A stretch of DNA of 64,000 nt from Felis catus. Taxonomy: Eukaryota. Position numbers and translations under genes: made by a program. The notes below the pieces were generated by a model. The model ran no database searches, was not told the DNA's origin, and was given only the letters and a program-made list of their open reading frames with translations. The DNA is taken from positions 112,098,001 to 112,162,000 of the forward strand of contig NC_058373.1 of the NCBI RefSeq assembly GCF_018350175.1. Direction: 5' to 3'. Below, piece by piece: positions 1 through 12,874 of the stretch. Positions within the stretch are counted from its first letter, which is position 1; each line of letters starts with the position of its first letter.

Positions 1-176
1 ACCTTCAGACTTGGGGTAGTAATGACTCCCCACAGCTTCTTAACTTAGGGTGCTACACTATATCTTCTGGTTTCCTACTTCCTACTCACACCTTTGTAAA
101 TAATCATTTTAGTAAACTTGGAGTTATTTCTATCTGGGAGCAACAATTGCTTTCTGCCAGTTCCCTGACTGATACA
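1..176 (+). mobile_element. 3' part of an ERVL-type solo LTR (LTR33-like), cut by the window edge
   Basis: 'cacacctttgtaaataatc...taaact...ccctgactgataca' resembles the LTR33 3' end and terminates in the canonical CA. Confidence 0.55.
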
Positions 177-335
177 AGCGCCACCTATATGCCAGGCACT
201 GTGCGAATCTCCTGGGATACAAGTATGGATTAGACACAGCTCCTCCAGGAGTTCGTGATGCAGTAGGCAACAGACGCATAACAGCAAATTCTAATGCAGA
301 CTCCAGTGTGCAATGAGGGAGCTATGCACAGGGTA
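177..335 (-). mobile_element. L2 LINE 3' fragment
   Basis: 'cacctatatgccaggcactgtg...ctgggatacaagt' is typical of the antisense L2 3' end. Confidence 0.5.
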
Positions 336-564
336 GTGCTTTCCAAGCCAATTTCTGAAAATTAAGCTGAGATCTGCCTCTCAGCAAAGCAGTGGAGAGC
401 TCCCACTGTGCACTGCAGAAAATCCAGAGATAATGCTTCCAAGAGCTCATCTTGTCGGTTTTTTACTGATCCCTGGAAGAGTAAGGAATGACTTGTTTGA
501 GACTTTCAATTTGTAGTTGCAGAAACAAAAGCAAAGTTGAACATGGAATCTTGCTATTCAATCA

Positions 565-837
565 AATCTATAAATACAGAGAACAAATTGATGGTTGCCA
601 GTGGGGGGATGAGCAGAATAGGTGAAAAGACTTCCAGTTATGGAATGAATAAGTCATGGGAGTTAAAAGCACAACACAGGGAATATAGTCAATGATATTG
701 TAAAAGCGTTGTATGGTGACAGATGGTAGCTACATTTGTGAGCATAGCATAAGGTATAGAGAAATTAAATAACTATGTTGTACACCCAAAACTAATGTGA
801 TGTTGTGTGCCAACAGTACTCAAATGAAAAAATAATG

Positions 838-838
<1 letters not shown>
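565..838 (+). mobile_element. 5'-truncated L1 3'UTR (older carnivore/L1MA-type)
   Basis: 'aaatacagagaacaaattgatggttgcca...gtatggtgacagatggtagctaca...aactaatgtgatgttgtgtgccaac' followed by an A-rich tail. Confidence 0.75.
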
Positions 839-896
<58 letters not shown>

Positions 897-985
897 GGAA
901 GGAATAAAGGAAAGAAGGAAGCAAGGAAGGAAGAAAGGAGGGAAGGAGGAAGGAGGGAAGGAAGAAGGGAAGGAAAAGAAAGAAA
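839..985 (+). repeat. (GAAA)n/(GGAA)n purine microsatellite, probably derived from the L1 tail
   Basis: Directly visible; abuts the L1 3' end. Confidence 0.9.
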
Positions 986-1124
986 CCTAGTTGTATAACT
1001 GACAGGATTCTTCAGATTCTCCCACTAGCTAACCACAGCCCTTTGAATCAGTTATTAGTTTCTGTAAGTGATTTTTTTGCTAATTTCTTCACTTTTTGAC
1101 ATAAGAAATATCACAGTACTTTTT

Positions 1125-1510
1125 TGGTAAACAAATGGGGTTTTATTTTTCTCATCGGACAAGAAGGTTTGAGATGGGCTGTTGCTGATCTTATTTCAGT
1201 GGCTCAACAGTGCTATTGAGGATCTGGATTCCTTCTGTTTCTGTTCCACCAATGGTAGCATTGTTAGCTTTTCCTCCTCATGTGCCTCCTGGTCACAAGG
1301 TGACAGCCATACTCCAGGCATCGTAGGCAAGTTCAAGGAGAGAAGAAGGCCATAGGTAAGCTCTCCTCTCCTGCCTGTACCTCTTATCAGGAAAGCAGAG
1401 CATTTTCAGATACCAAAGCAGACTTTCCCTTGCATCTTACTGGCCAGGAATAGTTCACGTGATCACCTCCAGCTATAAGCAGTGCTGGGAAATTTGGTAT
1501 CTAGCTTTCA
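1125..1510 (-). mobile_element. Old MaLR LTR (MLT1K/L-like)
   Basis: 'ggtcacaaggtgacagccatactccaggcatc', 'cagactttcccttgcatcttactggccaggaa...tcacgtgatcacctccagct' resemble antisense old MLT1. Confidence 0.55.
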
Positions 1511-2069
1511 TTTTTGTGCTTGGTTGTCCTCTTTTCCTGTTTCAATCATTACCAAGTTCATTTTTTTTCCTTCTCTTTTGCACCTAGCACAGTCTCCTTT
1601 TACTTGTTCAGGAAGTCACCTTTTTAGCTCACTAGAGATACTACATGCTATTTTCTCTGAACATACTATCCAGAGGAAAAGCTTGTACTGGCAGCTCCCA
1701 GTTGTCTTTTAACTTTCCTCTTTATTGGGAGGCATGGTATGTCCTGACCAATAGCAAAAACTTTAGCTGTAATAACTCTGCGGAATAAAAGAAAACCTGT
1801 GTTGGTGTATGCCAAATAGTAAAGATCAGATCCTGGCAGATCTAAAATGGAACTTGAACAGGATCTTCAGATAAGTTGCAACAAAGACTATCATGTCATA
1901 ATTTTTTAAAGAGGGTTGGAAGGTAATGCTTCAGGTCAGACAGGACTCAAAAACAATGGCAAAGAAGAGTGAGAAGACCACATGTACCAAGGCTGACCAT
2001 CCACCAGCCATCGGCCGTCTGCTGTGGTCATTATCCTCCCAGCCACAGAAGTGCAGAAGAGACAATGGC

Positions 2070-2466
2070 AGAAGTGTCAAAAGCAGGGGCTCTGGAGCCA
2101 CGCCATGATCTTTGGCAAGTTCCTTAAGCAAGCTTCCTCAGAACTGATAATAGTACTGGGGCGCCTGGGTGGCTCAGTTGGTTAAGTGTCCAACCTCAGC
2201 TCAGGTCATGATCTCATGGTTTGTGGGTTCAAGCCCTGCCTTGGGCTCTGTGCTGACAGTTCAGAGCCCAGAGCCTGCTTAGGATTCTGTGTCTCCTTCT
2301 CTCTCTGCCTCTCTCCCCTTCATGCTCTGTCTCTGTCTCTCAAAAATGAATAAATGCTAAGAAAAAAATTTTTAAAAAGAAATGATAATAGGATCTACCT
2401 CATATTGGTGTGAAGATGAAATGAAATACACCTATAAAACATTTAACAGTATCTGGTTCAATATAT
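2070..2466 (+). mobile_element. MIR SINE interrupted by a CAN-SINE
   Basis: 'ggctctggagcca...tttggcaagttccttaa' left of the SINE; 'gataatag..ctacctcata..ggtgtgaagatgaaatga' right of it. Confidence 0.6.
2158..2377 (+). mobile_element. CAN-SINE (SINEC)
   Basis: GGGGCGCCTGGGTGGCTCAG head, tRNA-derived A/B boxes, (CT)n, AATAAA tail; degenerate TSD agaa(c/a)tgataatag. Confidence 0.93.
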
Positions 2467-2495
2467 CACGTTCCTCCCTCCCCAGTGCATGCACA

Positions 2496-2498
<3 letters not shown>

Positions 2499-2541
<43 letters not shown>
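2499..2541 (+). repeat. (CA)n microsatellite
   Basis: Directly visible. Confidence 0.95.
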
Positions 2542-2543
<2 letters not shown>

Positions 2544-3418
2544 ATTGTTACAAAGTTATTCTAGGGAGTCAGGTGGAACGCTTACACTGTCCACCGCACA
2601 TAAGTATTCAAAAGTACTAGTTTTCATGAGGATATGCCTGACAATGAGCCACCCCTGCTCCTCAGGAGGAGAGTCAAACTGAATGAATTAGAAGACATTC
2701 TCCATGAGAAGATTTACATCAGTAAGACAGGGAGCAGTAAATAAAGGCAACAGATTAGTGCAATATTACTAAATCCCATCATTTAAGTTCCCGCCTGGCA
2801 GATTTAATAAATGAGATCTATCTCTTCTTGGTGGATGCACTAGCATAAGTACCATCTAAATCAGTTCTGCAGAGAATCAAGTGACCTGATGGATATATAT
2901 CTTTTAGCTCAATAGCAGAAATGCATGGAGGATTTGGAGGGATTTGTGCCAGGAATCAGAGAATGTAATGTTTGTCTTGAATTAACTAATTTTTGTAACC
3001 AATGGACTGTGAGTGATATTCTCTTGCCAAAGTAGATTTGTGATCTGCCTGAAGTACCAACTATGTTCCAATTTATACAGTAAATCTATTTGGTAATATG
3101 AGGTGTTGCAGCAATTTTAACACATCAGTAAAGATGGAAATCAATTTATTTTCCTTAGTATTTGACAACAAGTTTTGTAAATAAAATAAGAAAATAAGGG
3201 GGTTTCTGGGACCAGGCCAGCATTTTGTTTCAACCTTTTCTACTTTGTGGCTGCTGGTTGAGGGCAGTTTTTCCCCCTAGAGATATCGCTCTGACCCAAG
3301 ACCAAGCCCACTCCCCTGGGGCCACAAACCTCTTCAGTTGCTAGGAAGAGTGAGCACTTCTTCAGGACAGGCCCACTGCTGGGTTGATGAGCTGGAAGTG
3401 ACCTTTAAAAGTGTGTCA

Positions 3419-3603
3419 GGGGTGCCTGGGTGGCTCAGTCAGCTGAGTGTCTGACTCTTGATTTCAAGGCAGGTCATGATTTCACATGATCCATGCTTGG
3501 GACTCTCTCTCTCTCTCTCCCTTTCTCTCTCTCTCTGCCCGTCCCCCACTTGCTCTCTCTCTCTTTCTCTCTCTCAAAATAAACTTTAAAAAAATAAATA
3601 AAA
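3419..3603 (+). mobile_element. CAN-SINE with internal deletion
   Basis: SINEC head and (CT)n tail present; the B-box/'gggctctgtgctgacag' segment is missing. Confidence 0.88.
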
Positions 3604-3629
3604 TTGTTTTGGGTATTGCCACACACCCT

Positions 3630-3770
3630 ATCTCACCTGGCAAAGGAGATTAGGCAGATATTGGCATCCCTACTTTACAAATAAGGAAACTGAGGCTCAA
3701 ATACAAGGGATTTGCTGAGGACGAAGGTGAGACTCAAATTCTAGGTCTTTTGACAATAAATCCTGATTTT
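3630..3770 (-). mobile_element. MIR fragment
   Basis: MIR core 'tactttacaaataaggaaactgaggctca'. Confidence 0.6.
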
Positions 3771-4039
3771 TGTTTATGAATCCACGAAGTAATTTAATGG
3801 TTTAATCTCTATGTAAACCTTCTCCTGTCTCCTGAGAAGATGAGGACATGAGGTCACGGAGACAGGTAGGAGGCCGTGAAGGCAAAGGGAGGGGACCTCA
3901 GACAGAGTGGCAACATGTGCAAAAGCAGAGAGGGCTGGGTGAGACTTCCAGTCTCTGCCTCAGAGGGGAAAGCCAGAAAGAGAAACCTTCCTACACTTAC
4001 AAAAAATCATTTTACAAGGCCAGACAAATAGCACATGCA

Positions 4040-5840
4040 ACACTTTTCTTGAGACCATTAGGGAGTTCAGGTGATAGGACTACCAACTAACCTAAAACTT
4101 GAGGAACAGGCACCTGCAAGGAGAGATGAGTCATGAGCTCTTGCTTACTTCGGGCTGCTGGAGATTGAAGAACTTAGTAAAACTGTCAGCAAGCTGGCAG
4201 AGGCCGAGGATGAGCTAGCAAAAGTATTTAGAACCCATTGAAGGAAGTGGATCTACAGGAAATCCATGCCCACTTGCAGTTTCTTCTTCATAGATCTCAC
4301 TGGGCATTCACAGAAAAGTCCAGCATGCGTCCTAGGAAAGGGACCCTTGTGCTACAGGCATATAGGAAGGAAATGGCAGCTTCTGCAGGAAAGACAAGAA
4401 ACCTAACCCAGATCCTACAGCTCTCTCTCTCCCCAACAGAACAAAAGCTTTAAACCGTTAGTGGGTTAGTGGGAGAGCTACACACACTGTCACCCTTAGG
4501 GCATGGAAGAAAACCAACTACCCCTGAAGGAGGAAAACAGAAAAGAACCCTCTATTCCAGGGTGAGGTGGGAATACCTGCTGAGCCAGTACTACCTCTGG
4601 GAGGGGCAGAAGCACTGAAAGCACCCTCGTCCTGGGGCCCAGGAATATAAGACCTGTGTGAGACTGTCCAATTAAGTGGACAAGGAACACCTCTCCCCTC
4701 CCCACCACTTCCCATGACTAGGCTAACAAGCAGCAAATGACAAATAACAACCGAATATTGATGAGAGACTTATACAAATGTGGAGAGGGGCACATCTCAA
4801 AGACAATATTAAAACCTGAGGATGGAGAAAACGTTAAGAGAAACCTTCTGACAAACTAGCCACCATTCTAAACACCAGGCAATGCCACAGGCATTTTAAA
4901 CCCATAGTGCACTGCGCTAACCATGGCAACAACAAAACCCAACCCAATTAATTAGCAGAAGGAAAGATGTGCTCATTCCAGGCACAAAAAAAATTTACAG
5001 ATCATACTATGTTGTCTGCTATCTAAGATGGTCATCTTCTAAAAAAATAAGAGAGAGAACAACTAGATATATCATATTAAAAATGCTTAAAACACAAGAC
5101 AAATTTTTAAAATCTTTAAGAGAGCCAGGGGAAAAAGATACATTATATACAAGGGAACAAAGATAAGGTTTACAGGAGACTTCTTGTCAGAAACGAAGCA
5201 AACTAGAAGACAATGGAGTGACATATTTAAAGTGCTAAAAGGAAAAAAAAACAGCAAAATAACAGCAAAAACATCTTTCAAAAATGAAGAAGAAATACTT
5301 TTGCAAACAAATAAAAACTAAGAGAATTCATTGCCAGTAGGACTGCACTATCAGAAACATCAATGGAAAATTTTCAGGCAATACGGTACTAGACAGAAAC
5401 ACGGATCCACACAAAGAAATGACAAGTATTTGAAATGGAATAAATGAAGGTAAAGATAAAATTCATTTTTTCTTATTTTTAATGGCTCTAAAAGCAGCGA
5501 TTGTCTAACATAAAAAGAGTACCAATGCATTGTGTTTATATCATGTGTAAAACAAAATATACAACAAAAATAGCACCTAGGAAATGAAAGAAAATAGTAT
5601 ATTGGGAATATACTGTTTAAGTTATAATGTTATTTGAAGAAGGGCTCTAAGTAAATACAGGTGTATTAAGCTATACATTGCAAATATATTGGCAGTCACT
5701 AAAAAATTAAAAAGGAAATGTATAGAGAATAAGCCAATGGTAGTGATAAAATGGAATCATAGAATATATTTAATTCCCAATGTAAAAAAAAGAGGAATTT
5801 TTTTTCATTTTAGAGAGAGAGAGCACCAGCAGGGGAGAAG

Positions 5841-5890
<50 letters not shown>

Positions 5891-6515
5891 CTTAAGCAGG
5901 TTCCATGCTCAGTGCAGAACCCGATATAGGGCTTGATCCCATGACCTTGGGATAGTGACCTGAGCCAAAATCAAGAGTCAGATGCTCAACTGACTGAGCT
6001 ACCCAGACGCCCCAGAGAGGAAAAGTTTTTTAAACAGATGGAAAAAACTGTAAACAACTAATTATCTAGATGGTAGATTTTAAAGCAACCGTATCAGTAG
6101 CCACACTAATTAGAAATGGTCTAAATTCATCAATTAAAATGCAGACATTGGCCAATTGTACAAAAAAGCAAGACCAACTATAAGCAAAAAATAGTCAAAC
6201 TGAAGGAAGAAATAGATAAACTCACAATTATAATTGGAGGCTTCAACACTCCTCTATCAGTGATTAATAAAATAAGAAGATAGAAAAATCAGTAAGAACC
6301 AGCACTGTCAACCAGCTTAAGCTAATTGGCATTTCTAGAATGCTTCACTTAACAAAAGTAGAAAACATTCTTTTCAAATTAACATAGACTATTCACTAAG
6401 ACGGACCATGTTCTGGACCACAAAACAAACCTTAACAAATTTTAAGGAAGATAAGTCATACAAAATATGTTCTGTAACCATAGTGGTATTAGACTAAAAT
6501 TTGTGAAATAAGGGT
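4040..6515 (+). mobile_element. Old, heavily deleted L1 (L1M-type): 5'UTR-like segment, ORF1 C-terminal remnant (~5040-5440), ORF2 endonuclease remnant (~6070-6510)
   Basis: 'gacttcttgtcagaaacg...agaagacaatggagtgacatatttaaagtgct' (ORF1) and 'ataattggaggcttcaacactcctctatcagt', 'aaaacaaaccttaacaaatttt' (EN domain); left boundary uncertain. Confidence 0.7.
5797..6013 (-). mobile_element. CAN-SINE inserted in the old L1
   Basis: Reverse SINEC ending 'ctgagctacccagacgcccc', long (GA)n; short TSD-like agaggaa on both sides. Confidence 0.9.
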
Positions 6516-6859
6516 CTCCAACAGAATTTAACTAGAAACTTGGGACACCAGGTTGGGAGGAGGGTCAGTGAGCTTCTATGCATCCATTGCACATGCAAAT
6601 ACAGGCAAAAGCTTTACAATTCACCTGAAGTTAACACACATAGTCGGAAAACTATTTTTGGTTGTCACATTCCTTCCCACCTAATGGGAAATACCTATAT
6701 TTGCTTTGACTTGAGATGTATATACAAAGAAAGGCCGCGAAACACAGGCTGATATCTGGGAATCCAAATCTAGGGCCTACTGCTCCTCATGCCCTGCTCT
6801 TTCCCTTTCTCTATCAGATCACAAGGTGTAAGCAACACAGTGTGACAATTTAGCCCTCA

Positions 6860-7112
6860 GGCGTAAGGACCTAGAGAGCAAGACTCAATACTTACTCCAC
6901 TGCTCACTAGCTATGTAATTGTGGGTATATTACTTAATCTCTCTGAACTTCATTTGCTCATCTGTCAAGTGGAGAATAGCAACTGTGTCTATCTCAGTTT
7001 TTGTGAAAATTAAATGGAGATGATATATGAAAGTACTTAGCACAGGGTATATAGACCATAGTAAGCTCTCAATAAGGATAGCTAATGCCATTATCATCCA
7101 TTATCATTATTC
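6860..7112 (+). mobile_element. MIR SINE
   Basis: 'cactagctatgtaa...ttacttaatctctctgaacttcatttgctcatctgtcaagtggag...aaagtacttagcacag...taagctctcaataa' with (ATT)-like tail. Confidence 0.8.
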
Positions 7113-7684
7113 CTAGGGAAGAAATTCTCCAGGGAAGCTTTCCATAGGGCCAAAGCATTTGTACTGTTTAGAGATTATTTAAACTTAGGAACTGGCAAGA
7201 GGCATAAAATCTATAGGTATGAAGAAATTAAATCGGCTGTGCTCTCCTGTCTTCTTCCTGGGAAGGTCAGGGAGATAAAATGGAGCCAAAATTTTGGGCT
7301 GCCCTTATATAGAGTCTCTCTTAGGAAGACCCTGTCTCATCCCAAACTCTCTAAGTTGTTTTCCCTACCTGATTGTTGGTGCTTGGAATTCCTTTAACTG
7401 GAACCAAACACTGTCGTTTCACAGAAATATGACTCAAATATATATAGCACCAGGATGGGTGATACATTGTATTATATTCTTATTAGGGTAGAAAAGCATG
7501 TTTATATAAGAGGAAAGAAGGCTTTGTTTACATGAAGAATGGGGAATTAGGAGGTCCTCACTGAAAGGGAAGATGGTGCATTCTAAAGACCCTCCTGAAC
7601 CCAAATTAAAAAAGCAAACAAAACCAGAAGGATCTCAGGGGACACAGAGATGAGAAATCTACAAACATCAGGCCTTAGATCCAT

Positions 7685-7792
7685 TTGTTAGAATCACTTA
7701 AAGCATTTGTTAGACATACTGACTCCTAAGCTCCACCCTAGACCTACTGAATCTGAACTGGTTGGGGCAGGATGATAGGATTTTAACAAGTG
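7685..7792. mobile_element. MER5A-like hAT-Charlie fragment
   Basis: 'ttagaatcac...ctccaccctagacctactgaatctgaact...ttttaacaag'. Confidence 0.5.
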
Positions 7793-9069
7793 GGAAGAGC
7801 CAGATATAGGAATCATGCATCAATACCAACTTTTTACTTTACAGAGGATGAAACTTGAACCTAGGATAATGCAGTAAGCTTGTCCAGGGTCATTTCACAG
7901 CTGTCTTCAATAAGCTTGGCTCAGTTCTAACTTTGGGAATGAGAAAGCAATGTGAGCAGACAATGCTAGTCACTGTCCTGCCTGCCCATAATGGTCCACC
8001 CAAGCATTCAACATGTGGACAGCATTGTCTTTCTGTAATCCCAGTGTCTCTATGCTACTACCTATGGTGACACCTCTATCAGGAGGGCTGAGCTAAGCCC
8101 AAGCTCTTCCGTAAGTTCAACTTCTTGATTACACCCTCAACTTTTCTCCCCATATTGAAACTGTCAAAAGTGGAAATGTCACATTTGGTCAATAGCCGGC
8201 TGTCATGATTGGAGCTGTACACACTAACAAGAGGAAGTCGCAAGAGGCCAAAAATGAATCTAAAGGGAACAAAGTGACCTCTAACCAACAAGAAAACACA
8301 GACCAAAAAATGGAGAAAATCGATGAGGTGAAAATGGTCTGCTCAGGAAAATCAATAAGGTGCAAATCAGCTGCATTCAGCCCTGTGGCCTTGCACCTGG
8401 CTCCGACCCCAAAGTTGAACCAAATCATTTCTGCTTCCCTAAGACAGCTCTTTACTCCTACCTCAACCTCCTCCTCCCAGCATCTGCCTATTTATCCAAA
8501 TGTATATTTCTCCCTGAAATTCCCTAAATTTTGTCACCACATGAAAAGGCCCTTTCTCCATCCTCCCATGTCCATCACTCTTGCCTAGGACCTCAACATT
8601 TCACATCCAGATTATTTCCAGAACCTGCTCCCGCTGCCTTCATCCTGTCCCTGGTACTTCTGGCATGCAAACCTCAAAATAACCTGCCTCCTATTTTTCC
8701 CTTATATGAATCCTCTGCCAACCAAGCACGTCTCCTCTTTATCCCTCCCTGAAACTCGAAGCTTTTGTTCAGACTGGTCTTGAGAAGACCTGTTCTCTTC
8801 TCTCCCTAAATATTCAGATCTTCCACCCACTTTGGGTTGAGACAAAGTGTCTCTGGCTCTATCAGGCCTTCCTGGAACACCAGCAGCTCCCAAAGATCTC
8901 CTCCTTCTCTCAGCACCCATGGAACTTTCCATCTGAAGATGTGCCCTCATTTCTACATTAAGCACATGCCTGCTTTCACTGTTACAATGCTGGGGGTTGG
9001 GGGTGAGCTGTGTCATCCCTACAATATTCTAACTCCTGGAGGAAGGCAGCAAAGAGTGGAAGGCACAGT

Positions 9070-9405
9070 GGGATGAGAGCTGGGGGTTGGTGCCTCTAGT
9101 CATGAAGGGCCTTGGGCAAGTGATCAAACCTCTCCAGCTTTTCTATAACATGAGATGGTTGTATGGGAGATGTCTAAGTGTCCTCATTCTAACATTCTAG
9201 AATTCTAAGGCATGGATTATCTCTTTTTTGATATCCACCATAACACTTATTAGCTCTTTGCTTTTCATTTTCTTTAACCTCTTAAGATTCTCTTGCCTCA
9301 TTTGTTAAATGGGATTGATAATACCTTCTTCACAGAATCTTTGAGGGGATCAAGTAAGATACCTGCACCAAGAAGGGTTTTATATAAATTTTGTTATTAT
9401 TATTA
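9070..9405 (+). mobile_element. Two MIR/MIR3 fragments
   Basis: 'ccttgggcaagtgatcaaacctctc...ctaacattcta' and 'gcctcatttgttaaatgggattgataatacct'. Confidence 0.5.
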
Positions 9406-9569
9406 AAGAAATACAAGGAGCACATTAAATATCTGTTGAATAGACGAATAAAAAGAACCTTTTAAAAAGAACAACTATTGTTTGAGGCACACACACACAC
9501 ACACGCACATAACATTTAATGCTCTTCAAATAATAAAGCATGTTATCTTTCCTTTTAAAACAGAAAGTA

Positions 9570-9798
9570 GGGGCGCCTGGGTGGCGCAGTCGGTTAAGCG
9601 TCCGACTTCAGCCAGGTCACGATCTCGCGGTCCGGGAGTTCGAGCCCCGCGTCGGGCTCTGTGCTGATGATGGCTCAGAGCCTGGAGCCTGTTTCCGATT
9701 CTGTGTCTCCCTCTCTCTCTGCCCCTCCCCCGTTCATGCTCTGTCTCTCTCTGTCCCAAAAATAAATAAACGTTGAAAAAAAAAATTAAAAAAAAAAA
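9570..9798 (+). mobile_element. Very young CAN-SINE (SINEC_Fc-like)
   Basis: CpG-rich intact head 'ggtggcgcagtcggttaagcgtccgac...cacgatctcgcggtcc', long A tail, perfect 13-bp TSD aaaacagaaagta (9557-9569, 9799-9811) at a TTTT/AAAA site. Confidence 0.97.
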
Positions 9799-11364
9799 AA
9801 AACAGAAAGTATTTTCCTTTCCTTTCCCTGAGCTAGAAATCCCGTGTATAACTGCCCTTCTGCATTTGTGTCAAAATCAGAAGCTCAAAGCTGTTTCTGC
9901 AGCCCACTGTGCTACGCAGTGTGTCCCAGGTAGGCCATGGAAATGTCCTTGCCTACCCACGATGGCACTTCTGAAAGACAAAGAGCCTGCCCCTCCTGAA
10001 TAGAAAGGAAGCAGGTGGACCAAATATTCCTTTTAGAGAAGCTACAGTCACTCTAACCTGAGACATGAAGATGATAGTCCTCGAGAATAAAATGAGGAGA
10101 GGCTGCAATTCAGAAGCCCTTGGTCCCTGGCTGATAGAGTGTTAAAGGTCAGTGAGCTCATTGAATGAATCTTGTTCGTTCTCAGAGCAGATCCACTTGA
10201 TGATGTTTCTCTCTGAGTCAGAAGGTAGAGAAATCTCACCCACGTGGTGCTCAGACAGACAAATCCAAAGCAGAGGTCTCAGACAGACCCCTGAGAATGA
10301 ATGATCACACCCTGGGCTAGCCACCTGGGAGGGAGAGTCTCAGCTCAGCCAATTGGAGCGTCTCAGGAAGAACCATGACGACACCAGAGCCCCAGTGACT
10401 AAAAGGCAAGATAGTTCTGCCATAAAATACTCAGGGAAATGGAGTTAGGCTGCCTGGAGCAGATTAGGAAGCCAGAATACACGCATTCCAGAATTCAAGC
10501 AACCCAGACAATATTTAAAGAGTGTGATAACGCCCTTCTAGGAAATATAACAACTTATTAAGTCCATAGATAAAAGAGCTTCACACAATAAAAACATTTT
10601 TACAACTGCCTAAGATTCCAAATTTTAAAGTATTGCTTCAAGGGCCACCAAAAAAAAAAAAAAAAAAAAAAAAAAAAGAAGAAGAAAGAAAGAAAAGAAA
10701 AAGAAAAAAGAAAAAACTAATATGCTTCCTTTCCTTTGATGGAATTTCACTGGGGCCAGAAAGCAGGTTTGAATGTAAGATGTACAGGGAGATTGAAAAA
10801 GAAATGAACATTTTCAAAAATGCATTACTCAGTAACCAGATTATAGATGAACAACTAGTCAAAACCAATATATAAATGAACTGTCACACTATTTCTATAA
10901 TCTTACAAATGCTCAGTATGCACCCCCTCGTTCCATAGGACACACATCAATCCTGAAGTCTAATCCATTTCAGACCTTCTGTAGGTGGATGGTTGAAATG
11001 GTAGCCACAATGCCTTCCTTCATTTACTCTGGCTCACAGGGAAGGAGGAACAGACACAAGATTCTTGCAGTCTCTGCCAGAAATCAGATGGTGTGGTATC
11101 TGGGGATCAGGTTAACCACTGTTCAACTGGGTTTTTTTAAATTACCATGTGTTTTTGTAGGGTATGTGTATGATATCAAACATATAAAGAACATTTGGGA
11201 ATTTGACCAAAATTATGTGGTGACAAGGAAGATAATGCTGGAAGTATATGCAGCCTATCAAGGTGAAGTCTGCAGGAAAACAAGTGAGAAGGAGAAAAAA
11301 AATGTTGTAAGGGAAGTCCCATAGCATAAAAGGATTAAAATTAGGGCCAAAATAATGGAAACAT

Positions 11365-11485
11365 GTCATTGCCCTTCCTCTTACCAGCTGTAAGATCTCA
11401 CATAAGTCCTTCATGTTCTGTCAGCCTCAGCTTCATCATCTAAAAAATTGAGAAAACAGTAAATGACCCTTGTGAAATCAAAATA
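11365..11485 (+). mobile_element. MIR fragment
   Basis: 'cctcttaccagctgtaagatct...agcctcagcttcatcatctaaaaaattgag'. Confidence 0.55.
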
Positions 11486-12584
11486 TTTAGTTTTTTTTTT
11501 TTCTTTCAGGACCTCAAGGAGCAAAGTATGAAGACAAATCAGTGACAGACACATAATCCTGACATTGAACAGATTTCTGAATCTGTTTTGAAGACTTGTC
11601 ATTTGTGTCAGTATTTTGTGGTCTCAAGGTGGCCCGCATGGTACTGGGCCAGTACCTTGAATCCCTGCTGAGCCAAGAAGGACCCACAGTACAGTGAAAA
11701 ACCAACATAGAACTTCTGCCATGGAAACTGGGGCTGAATACGTGGGTACTCATGTCTTTGGCTAGTAAGGTACATGTGCAAGAATTCATTTTTATTCTTA
11801 TACAGAAAACTCCATGGCCTGGTCCTCTGAATGTTTTTCACATTCCAAAAGGAGGAAGATTAACTCAATAGCTTAATCCTGCTTCCGTAACAGAAACACC
11901 CTCAACAGGGTACTATGTTATGTTCTGCCACAGTCGCTGAGTTCACACACGCATGAGCCAGTGTGTATGTATGCATGCAAGTCAACCACAGTAGAAGTAC
12001 CTTGGGTCTAGAAGGATACTGACTCTCTGAAGGAGAAAAGCCAAAGTGACAAGCTCACTCCTAGTGCCTAAGACGATTCCATTCCTGACCAATAATGATG
12101 GTCTTTGAGTCAGCCTCAAAAGTGTTTTCAGCAAGCCCAGTATCCCTGCCCTCCCCTCAGTGTCCAGTCCCTCTGTTGTGCCAAGGCTGCCAGCCAAAGG
12201 ACCAATTAGTGCCAACTGTGATGTCAACATTTGCCTGGTGAGTCCCACATCCAGCCACATCTTCCTAACGAAGCTATGAGCTATTTAATTAGGAGCTGCT
12301 CTGACAATTTCGTCCTTGTCACATCAGCAATAGATTGGAACACAAGGGAGAACATTTCCATTGAACCTGTGCCACAGCATTTGCTCTGTAAATTGAGACG
12401 AGTGGGATGCATTCACCTTGCTGATGCATAGAAATAAGAGGCAATGCAGCTTCTCACCAGATCATGTGGGAAGGTACAAAGATACAGCCATTCACAAAAC
12501 AGAGAACGTCTGTTTTTTTGCCCTGAGTTGTTTGCTCAACATCTCTTCTTTAGGAGACATGTGTGTGTTGTCTTTAAGGATATT

Positions 12585-12810
12585 GCCTTTAGAGTCACTG
12601 GGACCTGAGTTTTGATTTCTGCTCTGGACTTTATGAACCACCTGACCTTGGGCTAGATTCTTCATTTCCCTGAGGCTCAGTTTTCCTAACTGTCAAATGG
12701 GAATAATTATGCTATAACAACTCTGAAGTTGTTATAATGATTAAAACAAACAAACAAACAAACAAACAAAAATGAATATAAACCACTAAGCACAAGAACT
12801 AAATATTTAA
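12585..12810 (+). mobile_element. MIR SINE containing a (CAAA)n run
   Basis: 'tgaccttgggctag...ccctgaggctcagttttcctaactgtcaaatgggaataat'. Confidence 0.65.
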
Positions 12811-12874
12811 TCAAAGATACTTCTTCTTACTGGTACATCTCAGTGCCCTGTGTTCTAAATTAAAAGATGAACTC

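Noticed and set aside
805..990. K/E/R-rich ORF
   Set aside because: Translation of a (GAAA)/(GGAA) microsatellite.
8205..8588. 127-aa ORF with a hydrophilic, K/N/E-rich N-terminal half
   Set aside because: No recognisable family, no convincing splice sites and a low-information second half; consistent with a chance ORF. A tblastn or RNA-seq hit would reopen it.
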